Of a stretch of 64,000 bases of DNA, positions 12,594 through 25,195 are shown one piece after another. The stretch is from NCBI GenBank assembly GCA_030390025.1, contig CM059432.1, positions 38,628,001 to 38,692,000 of the forward strand. Reading direction: 5' to 3'. Source of the DNA: Squalus acanthias. Lineage: Eukaryota. Within the stretch, counting starts at the first letter, position 1. Every line of letters begins with the position of its first letter. The position numbers and the translations under genes were made by a program. The notes beneath the pieces are model-generated. The model did not search any database. It was not told where the DNA came from and saw nothing but the letters and a program-made list of their open reading frames with translations.

Positions 12594-13278
12594 GGGCTGG
12601 ATTTTGATACTGGGGCAGGTTGGGGTCGTGTCATCCACTTTTCATGTTATCCACCCGACTGCAATTGGATGTGGGAGATTGATGCGATTTTCACCTAATT
12701 GGGCAATTGAGTTCCAGCATGTGGGAACCCATGAACCAATTAGTATTTTCAGTCTGAAAGTCGCCTTTGATGATGTCATCATTGCTGCTGCATTGAAGGT
12801 CTTCAAAGACTGCCTGGCCTTTGCTGTGAGAGGACCTGCAAAATGAGCAGCAGCAGTCCTAATTCTGCTCCCAGATATTTTTACACCACCAATCCCAGAT
12901 ATGTCTCCTCTCCATCGATATATACATCCATCCACATAGCCATCCATATATGCATCCCCATAGCCAGCCATGCTCCCCGTGCTCCCGCCAGGTTTCACAA
13001 TCGTGGTTCAGAACAGGCGTGCTTCATGTAGAACAAGGGTTAAAATCACAAAGGCCTTTCAAAATGGTATTATAGAGGCAATTTAGTGCTTGTTAAGGGC
13101 CTTAACAGCCTATCCCGCCTCTTAGAGGCGGGATGGAGTCGGGACCAGCAGACGCGATTTAATGAAAATTGCGTGGAGGCGGGATGGAGGCGGACTTGTG
13201 CCCGCCCGCCAGTTTTTGCAATTTTAACCCCCCACACGCCTCCAAACCCGCCTCCACGGGTCAATGAAAATCCAGCCC
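12594..13278. mobile_element. Non-autonomous Harbinger-type MITE
   Basis: Perfect 12-bp TIRs GGGCTGGATTTT / AAAATCCAGCCC with ATA on both sides. Confidence 0.88.
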
Positions 13279-13640
13279 ATAGACTCTAACAATTTCCCCG
13301 ACAACAGATGTTGGGCTAACTGATCTATAATTCCCTGGTTTCCCTCTCTCACCATTCTTAAATAGCGGAGTGACTTGCGCAATTTTCCAATCTAAAGGAA
13401 CGGTTCCTGAATCGAGAGAACTTCAGAAGATTATTGTTAAGGCATCTGCAATGTGCTCACCTACTTCCTTTAAAACCCTGGGATAGAAGCCATCTGGTCC
13501 TGGGGATTTGTCACTCTTTAGTGCCATTATTTTCTTCGTTACGGTTATTTTACTTACGTTAATTTTATTGTGTCCCTGTCCCTGATTCAATATTAGTTTC
13601 CTTGGGATTTCCGGCATGCTATCCTCTTCCTCTACTGTAA
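13279..13640 (-). mobile_element. CR1 RT fragment, continuation of 7063-8344
   Basis: [19 protein letters not shown], colinear with the interrupted CR1. Confidence 0.85.
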
Positions 13641-15137
13641 ATTGGCATTGTTAAAGTTGGGTCTGACTACAATTCACAGCACATCATTTTAGTATATGGG
13701 ATATGCAGATTGATTTCAGTAAATTTTATATGACTTCCAATAATTTGGCTCATTTGAGTTTATCGGCCCATCAATGTAACACATTTATCATCATGTTAAA
13801 TCTACATCAAAATTTGTGAATTGACTACTATCATTCAGAGCAGCCTTAACACCTGGACTGCCACTTTCTGCATCATGTGGGTGCAAAAATTAAGAGTGTG
13901 GACATGGGTCCTTATATGTTTTAGTCCTCATTTCCCTGAATCAATCTCTTGGTCCTTTTTTGCTGAACTCTAAACTGCTCCCAATCCTCAGGCTTGCTAC
14001 TTTTTCTGGCAACTTTATATGACTTCTCTTTGGATCTAATACTATCCTTAATTTCTTTTGTTAACCATGGTTGGGCCGCTTTTCCTTTTGCGTTTTTGCA
14101 CCAGAAAGGAATGTATAACTGTTGCAATTCATGCATTCATTCCTTAAATGTTAGCCATTGCCTATCCACCATCATGCCTTTTAATGAAGCTCCCCAATCT
14201 ATCATAGCCAACTCACTCCTCATACCTTCGTAGTTTCCTTTGTTTAGATTTAGGACCCTAGTTTCGGATTGGACTTCTTCACTTTCCATCTTAATGAAGA
14301 ATTCTATCATGTTATGGTCACTCTTCCCTAAAGGACCCCGCACAACAAGATTATTAATTAACCCCTTCTCATTACACAATACCCAATCTAGGATAACCTG
14401 TTCCCTAGTTGGCTCCTCAATGTACTGGTCTAAAAAACCATCTCGTACACACTCCAGGAATTCATCCTCCACAGTATTATTGCTAATTTGGTTTGGACAG
14501 TCTATATGTAGATTGAAGTCACCCATGATTACTGTAGTACCCTTGTTACATGCATCTCTAATTTCCTGTTTGATGCCATCCCCTACATTATCACTACTGT
14601 TTGGAGGTCTACAGACAACTCCCACCAATGTTTCCTGCCCTTTGATGCTTCTTAGCTCCACCCAGACTGATTCTACATCTTGATTTTCTGAGCCAATATC
14701 CTTTCTCACTATTGCTCTGATTTCATCCTTTACTAACAATGCCACCCCACCTCCTTTTCCTTTTTGCCTGTCCATCCTAAATATCGAATATCCTTGGATA
14801 TTCAGCTCCCAGCCTTGGTCACCCTGCAGCCATGTCTCCGTAATCGCAATTATATCGTATCCGTTTACATCTATTTGTGCTGTTAATTCATCTACCTTAT
14901 TACGAATGCTTAGATTTGTCTTTTTAACATTTTTAGACATCTTATCATTTTTTTCTACTTTGGCCATATTTGTCCTATTACCATTTTTTCTTACCTGGAC
15001 CCTATTTGTTAGTGCACTCTTTTGTTTGTACGCTCTGTCTTTTCCTGACACGGTGCGGAGATGCCGGTGTTGGACTGGGGTGGACAAAAATGAGAAGTTG
15101 CACAACACCAGGTTATAGTCCAACAGTTTTATTTGAA

Positions 15138-15177
15138 ATCACGAGCTTTCGGAGCGCTGCTCCTTCGTCAGGTAAAG
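15138..15177 (-). ncRNA. Minimal hammerhead ribozyme motif, mirror copy
   Basis: Reverse complement of 16262-16301. Confidence 0.75.
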
Positions 15178-16261
15178 TGAAGGAATACAAATCAGCAAAG
15201 CATATATAGACAGAGAACAATGTGTAGCGTACAATGTCAGATGACTACAGTAAATCTTACTAACTGCCCTCCATCACACCTCGGCAGAGATACAATCAGG
15301 TCAGTCAGGAAGGCATTACATCAAAGACACAGCAAAATACAGCTAAGACAATGAGGTGGGGTCACAGGGGGTCCAACGTGTCAAATGCTGCAGTCTGTAT
15401 GGTTAAGCTTTTTACTTTTTTTTAAAACTGGAAATCACATCTGTGAACAAGCCAACGACGACTCGAGTCTGGATGACTCTACGTCATGTAGCGTGACATG
15501 AAACCAAGATCCCGGTAGAGGCCGTCCTCATGGGTGCGGAACTTGGCTATCAGTTTCTGCTCGATGATTTTGCGTTGTCGTGTGTCTCGAAGGCCGCCTT
15601 GGAGAACGCTTACCCGCAGATCCGAGGCTGAATGTCCTTGACTGCTGAAGTGTTTCCCGACTGGGAGGTAACAATCCTGCCTGGCGATTGTTGCGCGGTG
15701 TCCGTTCATACGTTGTCGCAGTGTCTGCATGGTCTCGCCGATGTACCATGCTGCGGTGCATCCTTTCCTGCAACGTATGAGGTAGACAACGTTGGCCGAG
15801 TCACATGAGTATGTACCATGTACCTGGTGGGAAGTGTCCTCACGTGTGATGATGGTATCTGTGTTGATGAGCAGGCATGTCTTGCAGAGGTTGCCGTGGC
15901 AGGGTTGTGTGGTGTCGTGGTTGTCGGGATCTTGGTTTCATGTCACGCTACATGACGTAGAGTCATCCAGACTCGAGTCGTCGTTGGCTTGTTCACAGAT
16001 GTGATTTCCAGTTTTAAAAAAAAGTAAAAAGCTTAACCATACAGACTGCAGCATTTGACACGTTGGACCCCCTGTGACCCCACCTCATTGTCTTAGCTGT
16101 ATTTTGCTGTGTCTTTGATGTAATGCCTTCCTGACTGACCTGATTGTATCTCTGCCGAGGTGTGATGGAGGGCAGTCAGTAAGATTTACTGTAGTTGTCT
16201 GACACTGTACGCTACACATTGTTCTCTGTCTATATATGCTTTGCTGATTTGTATTCCTTCA

Positions 16262-16301
16262 CTTTACCTGACGAAGGAGCAGCGCTCCGAAAGCTCGTGA
16301 T
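16262..16301 (+). ncRNA. Minimal type I hammerhead ribozyme motif in the Penelope pLTR
   Basis: ttac-CTGACGA-a-GGAGC agc GCTCC-GAAA-GCTC-gtga: conserved core, stem II, palindromic AGCT in place of stem III, and stem I pairing. Confidence 0.75.
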
Positions 16302-16865
16302 TTCAAATAAAACTGTTGGACTATAACCTGGTGTTGTGCGACTTCTCATTTTTCTTCCTGACACAATCTGGTTATCCTTACCCCAATCACTTTCCTGCAC
16401 TGCTTCCTTGTCTTTTCTCTTTAGCATTCTAGATTTCTCTCCACTGGGACCCGACCTGCCCCCACCCCCGCCCCCCTCCCCACCTTATTTAGTTTAAAGC
16501 CCTATTTACCTTGCTAGTTATTCGATTCGCTAGAACTCTGGTTCCAGCATGGTTCAGGTGTAGTCTGTCCCAACGGAACAGCTCTCTCTTTCCCCAGTAC
16601 TGGTGCCAGTGCCCCACGAATCGAAACCCACTTCTCCCACACGAATCTTTGAGCCACGCATTCATCTCCCTGATCCTATTGACCCTATGCCAATTTGCTT
16701 GTGGCTCCGGTAATAATCCAGAGATTATGACCTTTGTGGTTCTTCTTTTTAATTTAGTCCCTAGCTGCTCAAACTCTCTCAGCAGAACCTCTTTCTTTGT
16801 CCTACCCGTGTCGTTGGTACCTACGTGGACCACAACAACTAGATCCTTCCCCTCCCACTCCATCA

Positions 16866-19800
16866 TTCACTACAACTCACTAAGCCACTTCCAAAGGTTC
16901 ACACAAATCTGTTCAAGAACACAAAGTGCTGAAAATAAAGGTTTCAATGTTTGACAGCACATTACCAGAAACTTCACATGAACATTGGCTAAACCACCCA
17001 AGTGCCTACCCTTGTGTGTTGTTAGTTGGTATGATTGCAGTAGGATGAGGGTATGTGTGAGGGGTGGCTAGTGAAATGGGGAAATGATAAAGTAGAGAGA
17101 GAGGGATGGGTGGAGGTGCAAGGTAAGTTGGTGTGAGTAAGAATGTGCAGGAGTAGGGTAGGGAAGGCAGAGTGATGTGGCTGTGTTGAGTGGTACAGCA
17201 GGATGAGGTTGAGTGTGGTTTTGCAGTAACGTTTTGTCATCTACTGAGATCATTGAATGGTTTGCACCAATGCAGCCTGGTCCTCCTGATGACATCCCTG
17301 CTTCTGCCCTCCTGCAATGTGCAACCAGGCTGCGTTGATCTCCTGGGGAGGTCTCTTCCGCCCATGGGAAGGGAAGAGAACCTCCCTGCATGCTGTGACT
17401 CATAGAACATAGAACATAGAACAGTACAGCACAGTACAGGCCCTTCGGCCCTCGATGTTGTGCCGAGCATTGTCCGAGACCAAGATCAAGCAATCACACT
17501 CCCTATCACTCTGGTGTGCTCCATGTGCTTATCCAATAACCGCTTGAAAGTTCCTAAAGTGTCCGACTCCACTATCACAGCAGGCAGTCCATTCCACACC
17601 CCAACCACTCTCTGAGTAAAGAATCTACCTCGGACATCCCTTCTATATCTCCCCCCATGCACCTTATAGTTATGCCCCCTTGTAACAGCTGCCTCTACCC
17701 GAGGAAATAGTCTCTGAACATCCACTCTATCTATCCCCCTCATCATCTTATAAACCTCTATTAAGTCGCCTCTCATCCTCCTCCGCTCTAAAGAGAAAAG
17801 CCCCAACTCCCTCAATCTTTCCTCATAAGACCTCCCCCCCAAACCAGGCAGCATCCTGGTAAATCTCCTTTGCACTCTTTCCAATGCTTCCACGTCCTTC
17901 CTATAGTGAGGTGACCAGAACTGCACACAATATTCCAAATGTGGTCTCACCAAGGTCCTGTACAGTTGCAGCATAACCTCACGGTTCTAAAACTCAAACC
18001 CTCTGTTAATAAACGCCAACACACCATAGGTCTTCTTTACTGCTCTATCCACTTGAGTGGCAACCTTCAGAGATCTGTGGATATGAACCCCCAGATCCCT
18101 CTGCTCCTCCACGTTCCTCAGAACCCTGCCGTTGACCCTGTAATCCTTATTCAAATTTGCCCTACCAAAATGAATCACCTCGCACTTATCAGGGTTAAAT
18201 TCCATCTGCCATTTTTCGGCCCAGCTCTGCATCCTATCAATGTCTCTTTGCAGCCTACAACTGCCCTCCACCTCATCCACTACTCCACCAATCTTGGTGT
18301 CATCAGCAAATTTACTGATCCACCCTTCAGTCCCCTCCTCCAAGTCATTGATAAAAATCACAAACAGCAGAGGACCCAGCACCGACCCCTGTGGCACACC
18401 GCTGGTAACTGGTCTCCAGTCCGAAAATGTTCCATCCACCACCACCCTTCTATGAGATAGCCAGTTACTTATCCAATCGGCCAAATTTCCCTCTATCCCA
18501 CAACTCCTTACTTTCTTCATGAGACGACCATGGGGAACCTTATCAAACGCCTTACTAAAATCCATGTATACGACATCAACTGCTCTACCTTCATCTACAC
18601 ACTTAGTTACCTCCTCAAAGAATTCAATCAAATTTGTTAGGCAAGACTTACCCTTCACGAATCCGTGTTGACTATCCCTGATTAAGTTGCCCCTTTCCAA
18701 ATGGTCATAAATCCTATCCCTCAGGACCTTTTCCATTATCTTACCAACCACCGAAGTAAGACTAACCGGCCTATAATTACCAGGGTCATTCCTATTTCCT
18801 TTCTTGAAGAGAGGAACAACATTCGCCACTCTCCAGTCCTCTGGCACCATTCCCGTGGACAGTGAGGACCCAAAGATCAAAGACAGAGGCTCTGCAATCT
18901 CCTCCCTTGCCTCCCAAAGAATCCTAGGATATATCCCATCTGGCCCAGGGGACTTATCGACCCTCAGGTTCTTCAAAATTGCTAAAACATCTTCCCTCAG
19001 AACATCTACCACCTCCAGCCTATCCACCTTTATCACACTCTCATCCTCAAGAACATGGCCCCTCTCCTCGGTGAACACTGACGAAAAGTATTCATTCATA
19101 ACCTCTCCTATCTCTTCTGACTCCATGCACAAGTTCCCACTACTGTCCTTGACCGGCCCTACCCTCACCCTGGTCATTCTTTTATTTCTCACATAAGAGT
19201 AAAAAGCCTTGGGGTTTTTCTTGATCCGACCCGCCAACGACTTCTCATGCCCCCTCCTAGCTCTCCTAAGCTCTTTTTTTAGCTCATTCCTTGCTACCTT
19301 GTACCCCTCAATCGACCCAACTGAACCTTGTTTTCTCATCCTTACATACGCTTCCTTTTTCCTCTTGACTAGACATTCAACCTCTTTTGTGAACCATGGT
19401 TCTCTCAATCGGCCATTTCCTCCCTGCCTGACAGGGACATACCTATCAAGGACACGCAGTAATTGCTCCATGAAAAAGCTCCACTTTTCGTTTGTGCCTT
19501 TCCCTGATAGTTTCTGTTCCCATCTTATACTCCCTAATTCTTGCCTAATCGCATCATAATTACCCCTCCCCCAATTATAAACCCTGCCCTGCCGTATGGC
19601 CCTATCCCTCTCCATTGCAATAGTGAACGTTACCGAATTGTGGTCACTATCTCCAAAGTGCTCTCCCACATACAAATCAAACACTTGGCCCGGTTCATTA
19701 CCCAGTACCAAATCCAACGTGGCCCCACCTCTTGTCGGCCTATCCACATATTGTGTCAGGAAACCCTCCTGCACACACTGTGCAAAAACTATCCCATCCG

Positions 19801-20605
19801 AACTGTTTGACCTATAAAGGTTCCAATCAATATTTGGAAAGTTGAAGTCACCCATGACAACTACTCTGTGACCTCCACACCTATTCATAATCTGCTTTGC
19901 AATTTCTGCCTCCACATCTTTATTACTATTTGGGGGCCTGTAGAAAACTCCTAACAACGTGACCGCTCCTTTCCTATTTCTATCTTCAGCCCATATTACC
20001 TCAGACGGCAGATCCCCCTCGAACTGCCTTTCTGCCGCTGTTAAACTATCCTTGATTAACAATGCTATGGAAGGAGTCATGGGAGAGGCTGGGTGCAGCC
20101 GTGCACCTGTGTGCAGTGCTTGTCAGTGTTTGCAGCACCTCAATGATGCGGAACATCAACAGCAGAACTGTCAAAATCAATTTGGACATGGCCCCTTTAA
20201 GGAAACCAGCTGAAGATGTGTCATCAAAGGGCGTCATCAGACCCACTTCCTTTTAATTGGCCGGGAACCTCGCAGGGCGGGCTTAACAAGCGCTATAAAT
20301 GTAAAATCACTTGGAGTGCGGTGCTCATCAGTGTTTGCAGCATCTCAATGCTGTAGAACACTGACAGCACGATTGTCAAAAGAAAGTTTGCCATGGTTCC
20401 TTTAAGGAAACCGGCTGATGACACGTCATCAAATAACGTCACCAGACCCGCTTCCTCTAATTGGCCAGGAAACTCGCTGGGCGGGCTTAACAAGCCCAAT
20501 CAGGGGAAATTCATTTTGGAGGCTGGGATGGAGACAGCAGTGGGGTCGGGACCCGCCACCAACATCGCCTGCCACGGACTCGCCGGGGTTCGTAAAATCC
20601 TGCCC
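16866..20605 (-). mobile_element. Harbinger deletion derivative (Myb/SANT exon 1 remnant) split by the CR1 at 17401-20068
   Basis: Minus-strand 17230-17395 gives REVLFPSHGRKRPPQEINAAW..WCKPFNDL, homologous to 8627-8866. A TIR-like end AAAATCCTGCCC at 20594-20605 is followed by ATA. Confidence 0.7.
17401..20068 (-). mobile_element. Young 5'-truncated CR1 LINE (ORF2 with one nonsense codon)
   Basis: The 697-aa and 162-aa ORFs are in frame across TAG at 17987-17989; (CATAGAA)n tail. Confidence 0.95.
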
Positions 20606-20694
20606 ATAATGAGCATGCGCTTCCTGCCCACCATATTGAAGGCTGTTTAGTGCCCATAAAAATGGGCACTGCACAAATGGATTTCTAGGCCACG

Positions 20695-21310
20695 AGTCCT
20701 TTGTTGCACCTTTTCCAGTGCCATGATGTGCTTCTTGTAATGAGGTTAGCAGAACAGCACTCGGTGCTCCAGACAGAGATGAACCAACACCCTACATAGG
20801 CCCAGTGTTGCATCCTGTTATTTGCTCTATTCTATGCACTATACAACTCAAGGTCCTATTTTGCTTTATTTGCTGCTGCCACACATCATGCAGATGGTCT
20901 CAATGATCTGTGAACCGATATCCTCAAAACCTTTCTTGTGTTGTAACCTACACACTTGCACCATTTAGTTTATAGTTCCAATGTTTAGCCTGCGTCGCTA
21001 GCCTGATTATTTTTTCCTTGTTGACATTACATTTCTCAGCTCAATTCCCTATTCTACCTCGATCCCATTATACCTGATCAGCCTGCTGTTGATTTTTTGA
21101 AACTTCTCCACATCTTGCTGTCATCGGCAAATTTTGATCCAATCATACTGTGCTCAAGTGCTGTGTTCTTGTTTTGGGTTTATTTTTCCCCAAATCATTA
21201 ATCTACAAAATGATGAGCAAAGATCCAAGCATCGATCCCAGGGTAACACAATTAATCATTTTCCACCAATCTGACACAGCTCCATGCACCACCACCCTGT
21301 CTCCTTTGAT
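20695..21310 (-). mobile_element. Very old CR1 RT remnant
   Basis: Degenerate gtcatcggcaaa (FADD) and GSxLG-like sequence in CR1 order. Confidence 0.55.
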
Positions 21311-21604
21311 ACAGACAGTTGCTTTTGTATCAGAATGAATTTATCAGATTTCATAATAGCACAATGTCCATAGTACTCAATAGATGGGGATAGGTACATT
21401 ATTTGTTTGATTTGACCTATTTGTTTAGTAGTGATTGCCTGGAGTTAAACAAAGAAAACAAATTCCTTTTCAAGTTCTTTCTCAACATTTGCCTAGGCTT
21501 GGGTAATAACCAAACTGACTGGTGTTCAAATCTTGTAAATACTTCAGATCCTAGAAGTCTGTTGTAGAACAACCTGATTATTTCTCAACAAACAACTACC
21601 ATTT

Positions 21605-22120
21605 ACTGTGTATTCCCTTGCCTTGCTAGCTCTCCCCAAATGCATTACCTCACACTTCTCCGGATTGAATTTCATTTGCCACTTTAGCTATGAGGAAAGA
21701 TTGGATAGGCTGGGGTTGTTTTCTTTGGAGCAGAGGAGGCTGAGGGGAGACTTAATTGAGGTGTGTAAAATTATGAGGGGCCGAGATAGAGTGGATAGGA
21801 AGGACCTATTTCCCTTTATAGGTCAATAACCAGAGGACATAGATTTAAAGTAATTGGTAGAAGGATTAGAGGGAAGTTGAGCAGAACTTTCACCTAGAGG
21901 GTGGTGGGGGTCTAGAACTCACTGCCTGAAAGGGTAGTAGAGGCAAAAACTCTCATTGCATTTAAAAAGTACTTGGATATGCACTTGAAGTGCCGTAACC
22001 TACCAGGCTACGGCCCAAGAGCTGGAAAGTTGTATTAGGTGGGATAGCTCTTTGTTGGCCGGCACAGACATGGTGGGCCGAATGGCCTCCTTCTGTGCCG
22101 TAAATTGCTATGATTCTATA
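21605..22120 (+). mobile_element. CR1 3' fragment with a short inverted 5' piece (21605-21682, minus)
   Basis: The first ~80 bp are antisense CR1 (KCEVMHLG), followed by sense SYEERLDRLGLFSLE through to the tail. Confidence 0.75.
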
Positions 22121-22540
22121 ATTTTTATGCTCAATCTGGAATACTGATTGAAAATGCCAGCAATGGGGTATCATCGCATCCTCATATATTGATCATAGTC
22201 AATATTTTCATTTATGTTGGAATAATAAACCAGAATACATTGTGAACTCTTTGAAAACTTGTACCTTCACTCTCTTCAAGTAAACTGCAAGTCACCAACT
22301 CAGGATTTTTAAGTACCCTTTTGTCCCAAGGTATCAAGTTACAACGCACATTGGATTGAGAGAAGTCACACAAACAAGAGCCGTGATGGGTTTACATTTT
22401 TTAATCCAGGTTTGTATATCAAACCTCACTACATAAAGATGTTATTTGAGGATAACCAGTTCTTTTATCTGTTCTAATTGTTTTCTTCAGAGTGCATCAT
22501 TTTTTGGAACAAACCTTAATATTTCTGTATAAAGAACCTT

Positions 22541-25195
22541 GGGCCCAGAAATTCAGTGGTTTAGCACCAGATTCGGGTGAAAAAATGGCGGCTGCCATTT
22601 TCGGATAGCTGGCACTACTGCCGCTGTCAGCGATCGCTAGCGAGTGTGCACTGCTCACCTGACGCCCGATCTGCAAGCTTGGAGTTTGCTGCTCAACTTA
22701 CCGGCATGCCTTAAGTGCGATGATTTGAGCAAGTGTTGAGAAGCAGGAAGGAGGCTCCAGCCTATTTAAAGGGATCATCAGCAACTACCTGCAGCTGACA
22801 TGTTTGTTCAGTTTGACTGGCTTTGTGCTACTTTCTGCAACTCCAGCAGCTTTATTAACTTCTTTCAAGATTCTAAGGTAACAGGGAGTGTTGTTGCAAG
22901 TGGAGAACACCTTCATTCTTATTTAAATGTTTCTGTTCACAACACTTGCTTACAGTCATGGGGGCTCTACTGGCAGTTCCCTTCGTGCTCGACTATCTTA
23001 GGGAAAGGGAGCGGAGGCAGCAAAGAAGATGAGGGAGGAAGAGGAGGGCTCTCAAAAGGAGGCCTTACCCACTTAGGGTCTTCCGAGAACATTTCTCTTA
23101 TATTCGCTTAAGCAAGGAGCAGTGTATTCGGAGGCTACGCTTCACCAAGGAGGTGATCACAGAACTCTGCCACCTCCTGCAACCAGACCTGCAGCCTGAG
23201 ACCTTGGTGAACACCGTGGCCCTCAATCTCTTCGCCAGCGGATCATTCCAGTCTGCACTAGGAGACATAGCTAACATCTCCAAGTTCCCCATCCTTCACT
23301 GCATCCAGGAAGTCACTGAGGCTCTCTACACCAGGAGAAGGGACTATGTTGTTTTCTCTCTGAGCAGAGAGAAGCAAGACGAGCGTGCATATGGCTTTGC
23401 CAGGATAGAAGGCTTTCCCATGGTGCAGGGAGCCATCAACTGCACACACGTGGCTTTGCGGGCACCGTATAACAATCCTGAGATCTCCGTAACCGCAAAT
23501 GCTACCACTCACTTAATGTGCAGTTGGTGTAAGGCTACACGCAGCACTTCCTGATGGTCAATGCCTGCTATCCTGGCAGCAGTCATGATGCCTTCATCCT
23601 GCATCAGTCCGGTGTGCCAGCAATCTTCCAGCCACCACATCAAACCCGAGGTGGCTGCTCGGAGACAAGGGCTATCTGCTCTGAACCTGGCTGATGACTC
23701 CCCTCCGCAACCCCATCACTTGTGCCCAGCACTCATATAATGAGAGCCATACTTCCACCAGGAACATCTTTGAGCAGACCATCGGGCTACTGAAGCAAAG
23801 GTTCCTCTGCCTTGACCGCTCGGGAGGAGCCCGCCAGTACACGCCGGTGTGGGTGCGCATTGACCGCTCGGGAGGAGCCCGCCAGTACACACAGGTGCAG
23901 GTGCGCATTGACCGCTCGGGAGGAGCCCGCCAGTGTGGGTATCCCATTTTGTGGTGACCTGCTGCATGCTTCACAACTTGGCCATCATGAGAGCGCAGCC
24001 ATTGCCACCAGGGATTGTGAGACCACCTGAGGACGAGGGCGAGGCGGAGGAGTAGGAGGAGAAAGGAGGCAGGCTACCAATCCCCCTTCCAGACGGGCTG
24101 TCCGTGAACTCATCAGACTCCTGATTCCAATGAATGAAACCCCACATCCCCATCATACCATCCCTGTGTCACGGAATATCACAGCGGCCTCCTGGGCACA
24201 AAGCTGAAATGAGAGCCACCACAAAAGATTCCAAACAAAGTTAATAAGTTTATCAAAAATCAATTAACACATATTTACACTTACGATATGAACTAATCAA
24301 CTTTGTGCAATCCCTTAGTGCCTGTTGTTCGGGTGCCCTTTCCTGTCCTAGTGCTCCTACGAAGTGCACCCCCAGTGACTGTAGCATGGCTGGTGGAAGG
24401 CTGCTGAGTTTCCATGGGGAGACTTCAGATGGCCTTGCAGGATGACCTCGAGCAGCTCTGATCCAAGGAGGCCCGGCTGTAGACTGCACCACCTCGGCAT
24501 GGGCAGCAGCAGTCGGGGTTGGCTGGCTGACAGGTAGCGGCAAGGGCAATGGCGGAGTGGCACTGGTGGGATCCTGAGAGGGGACAGCAGGGTCCTGCTC
24601 CACTGACCCATTGCCACTCCTCCATTCCTAGCAATCTGTTGGAGCACAGATTGCTGGGCTGCTGCAACACCCTGCAAGCCCCGGTCGACACTGGTAAACC
24701 CAACTACAATGGCAGCAGTCTGAGCTTGGGTAGCATCAAGCCGAGACTTCATGAGAGCGGTTTGCACTTCCGCTGCAGCACTAAGATGCTGGGTCGCTTC
24801 TGCCTATGCAGCAATAGCAGCTGCGACATCACCCATTCACTCGCAGCTTCATGTCTGGGTCGACATGGTCTCTTCGGGAGTCCTTCCATCATTTACAGTC
24901 TGGAAATCCTGGGCTCCAAGCTCCACGCAGAGCCCCATGGAGTGTTGGAGGCAAACTCCTCCATGCTCCTTGACATTGCCAAGAGGCTCTCTGGCAAGCT
25001 TGCCATTGCACCTAGCAATTCGGTGTGCATGCCCATCACCCTTCTTCACGCCGCCCCATCGAGGTCTGCATCGGAGTCCTCTGCAGCAGAACTCGCCCTC
25101 TGGAGAGCTGGCCCACGGGCTACCTTTCCCCCCTGGCCTTGCAGCAGCCCACTTGTGCCCAGTGCCTCACCTTGTGCAGATCCCACTTCTACACT
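22541..25195. mobile_element. Second, older Harbinger transposon (transposase +, partner-gene remnant -), truncated by L2
   Basis: TIR-like GGGCCCAGAAATTC at 22541. The + strand gives ALNLFASGSFQ, GAINCTHV and [20 protein letters not shown] in broken frames; a convergent low-complexity exon lies at 24300-25190. Confidence 0.85.

Larger units (their letters stand above)
15052..16354 (-). mobile_element. 5'-truncated Penelope-like element with inverted pseudo-LTR and GIY-YIG endonuclease C-terminus
   Basis: The spacer encodes CHGNLCKTC...NVVYLIRC.KGC..WYIGETMQTLRQRMNGHR...EQKLI..F.T..GL. Inverted arms are 15086-15514 and 15925-16353; TSD TTCCTGACAC at 15042-15051 and 16355-16364. Confidence 0.92.
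13925..16865 (-). mobile_element. CR1 fragment (ORF1 C-terminus + APE) interrupted by a Penelope-like insertion at 15052-16354
   Basis: ORF 16489-16866 has the esterase VGTND motif; ORF 14137-15123 has AITETWL and MGDFN. Confidence 0.88.

Noticed and set aside
23812..23935. CRISPR-like repeat-spacer array
   Set aside because: The spacers resemble each other and the unit is transposase coding sequence; it is a tandem duplication in a eukaryote.
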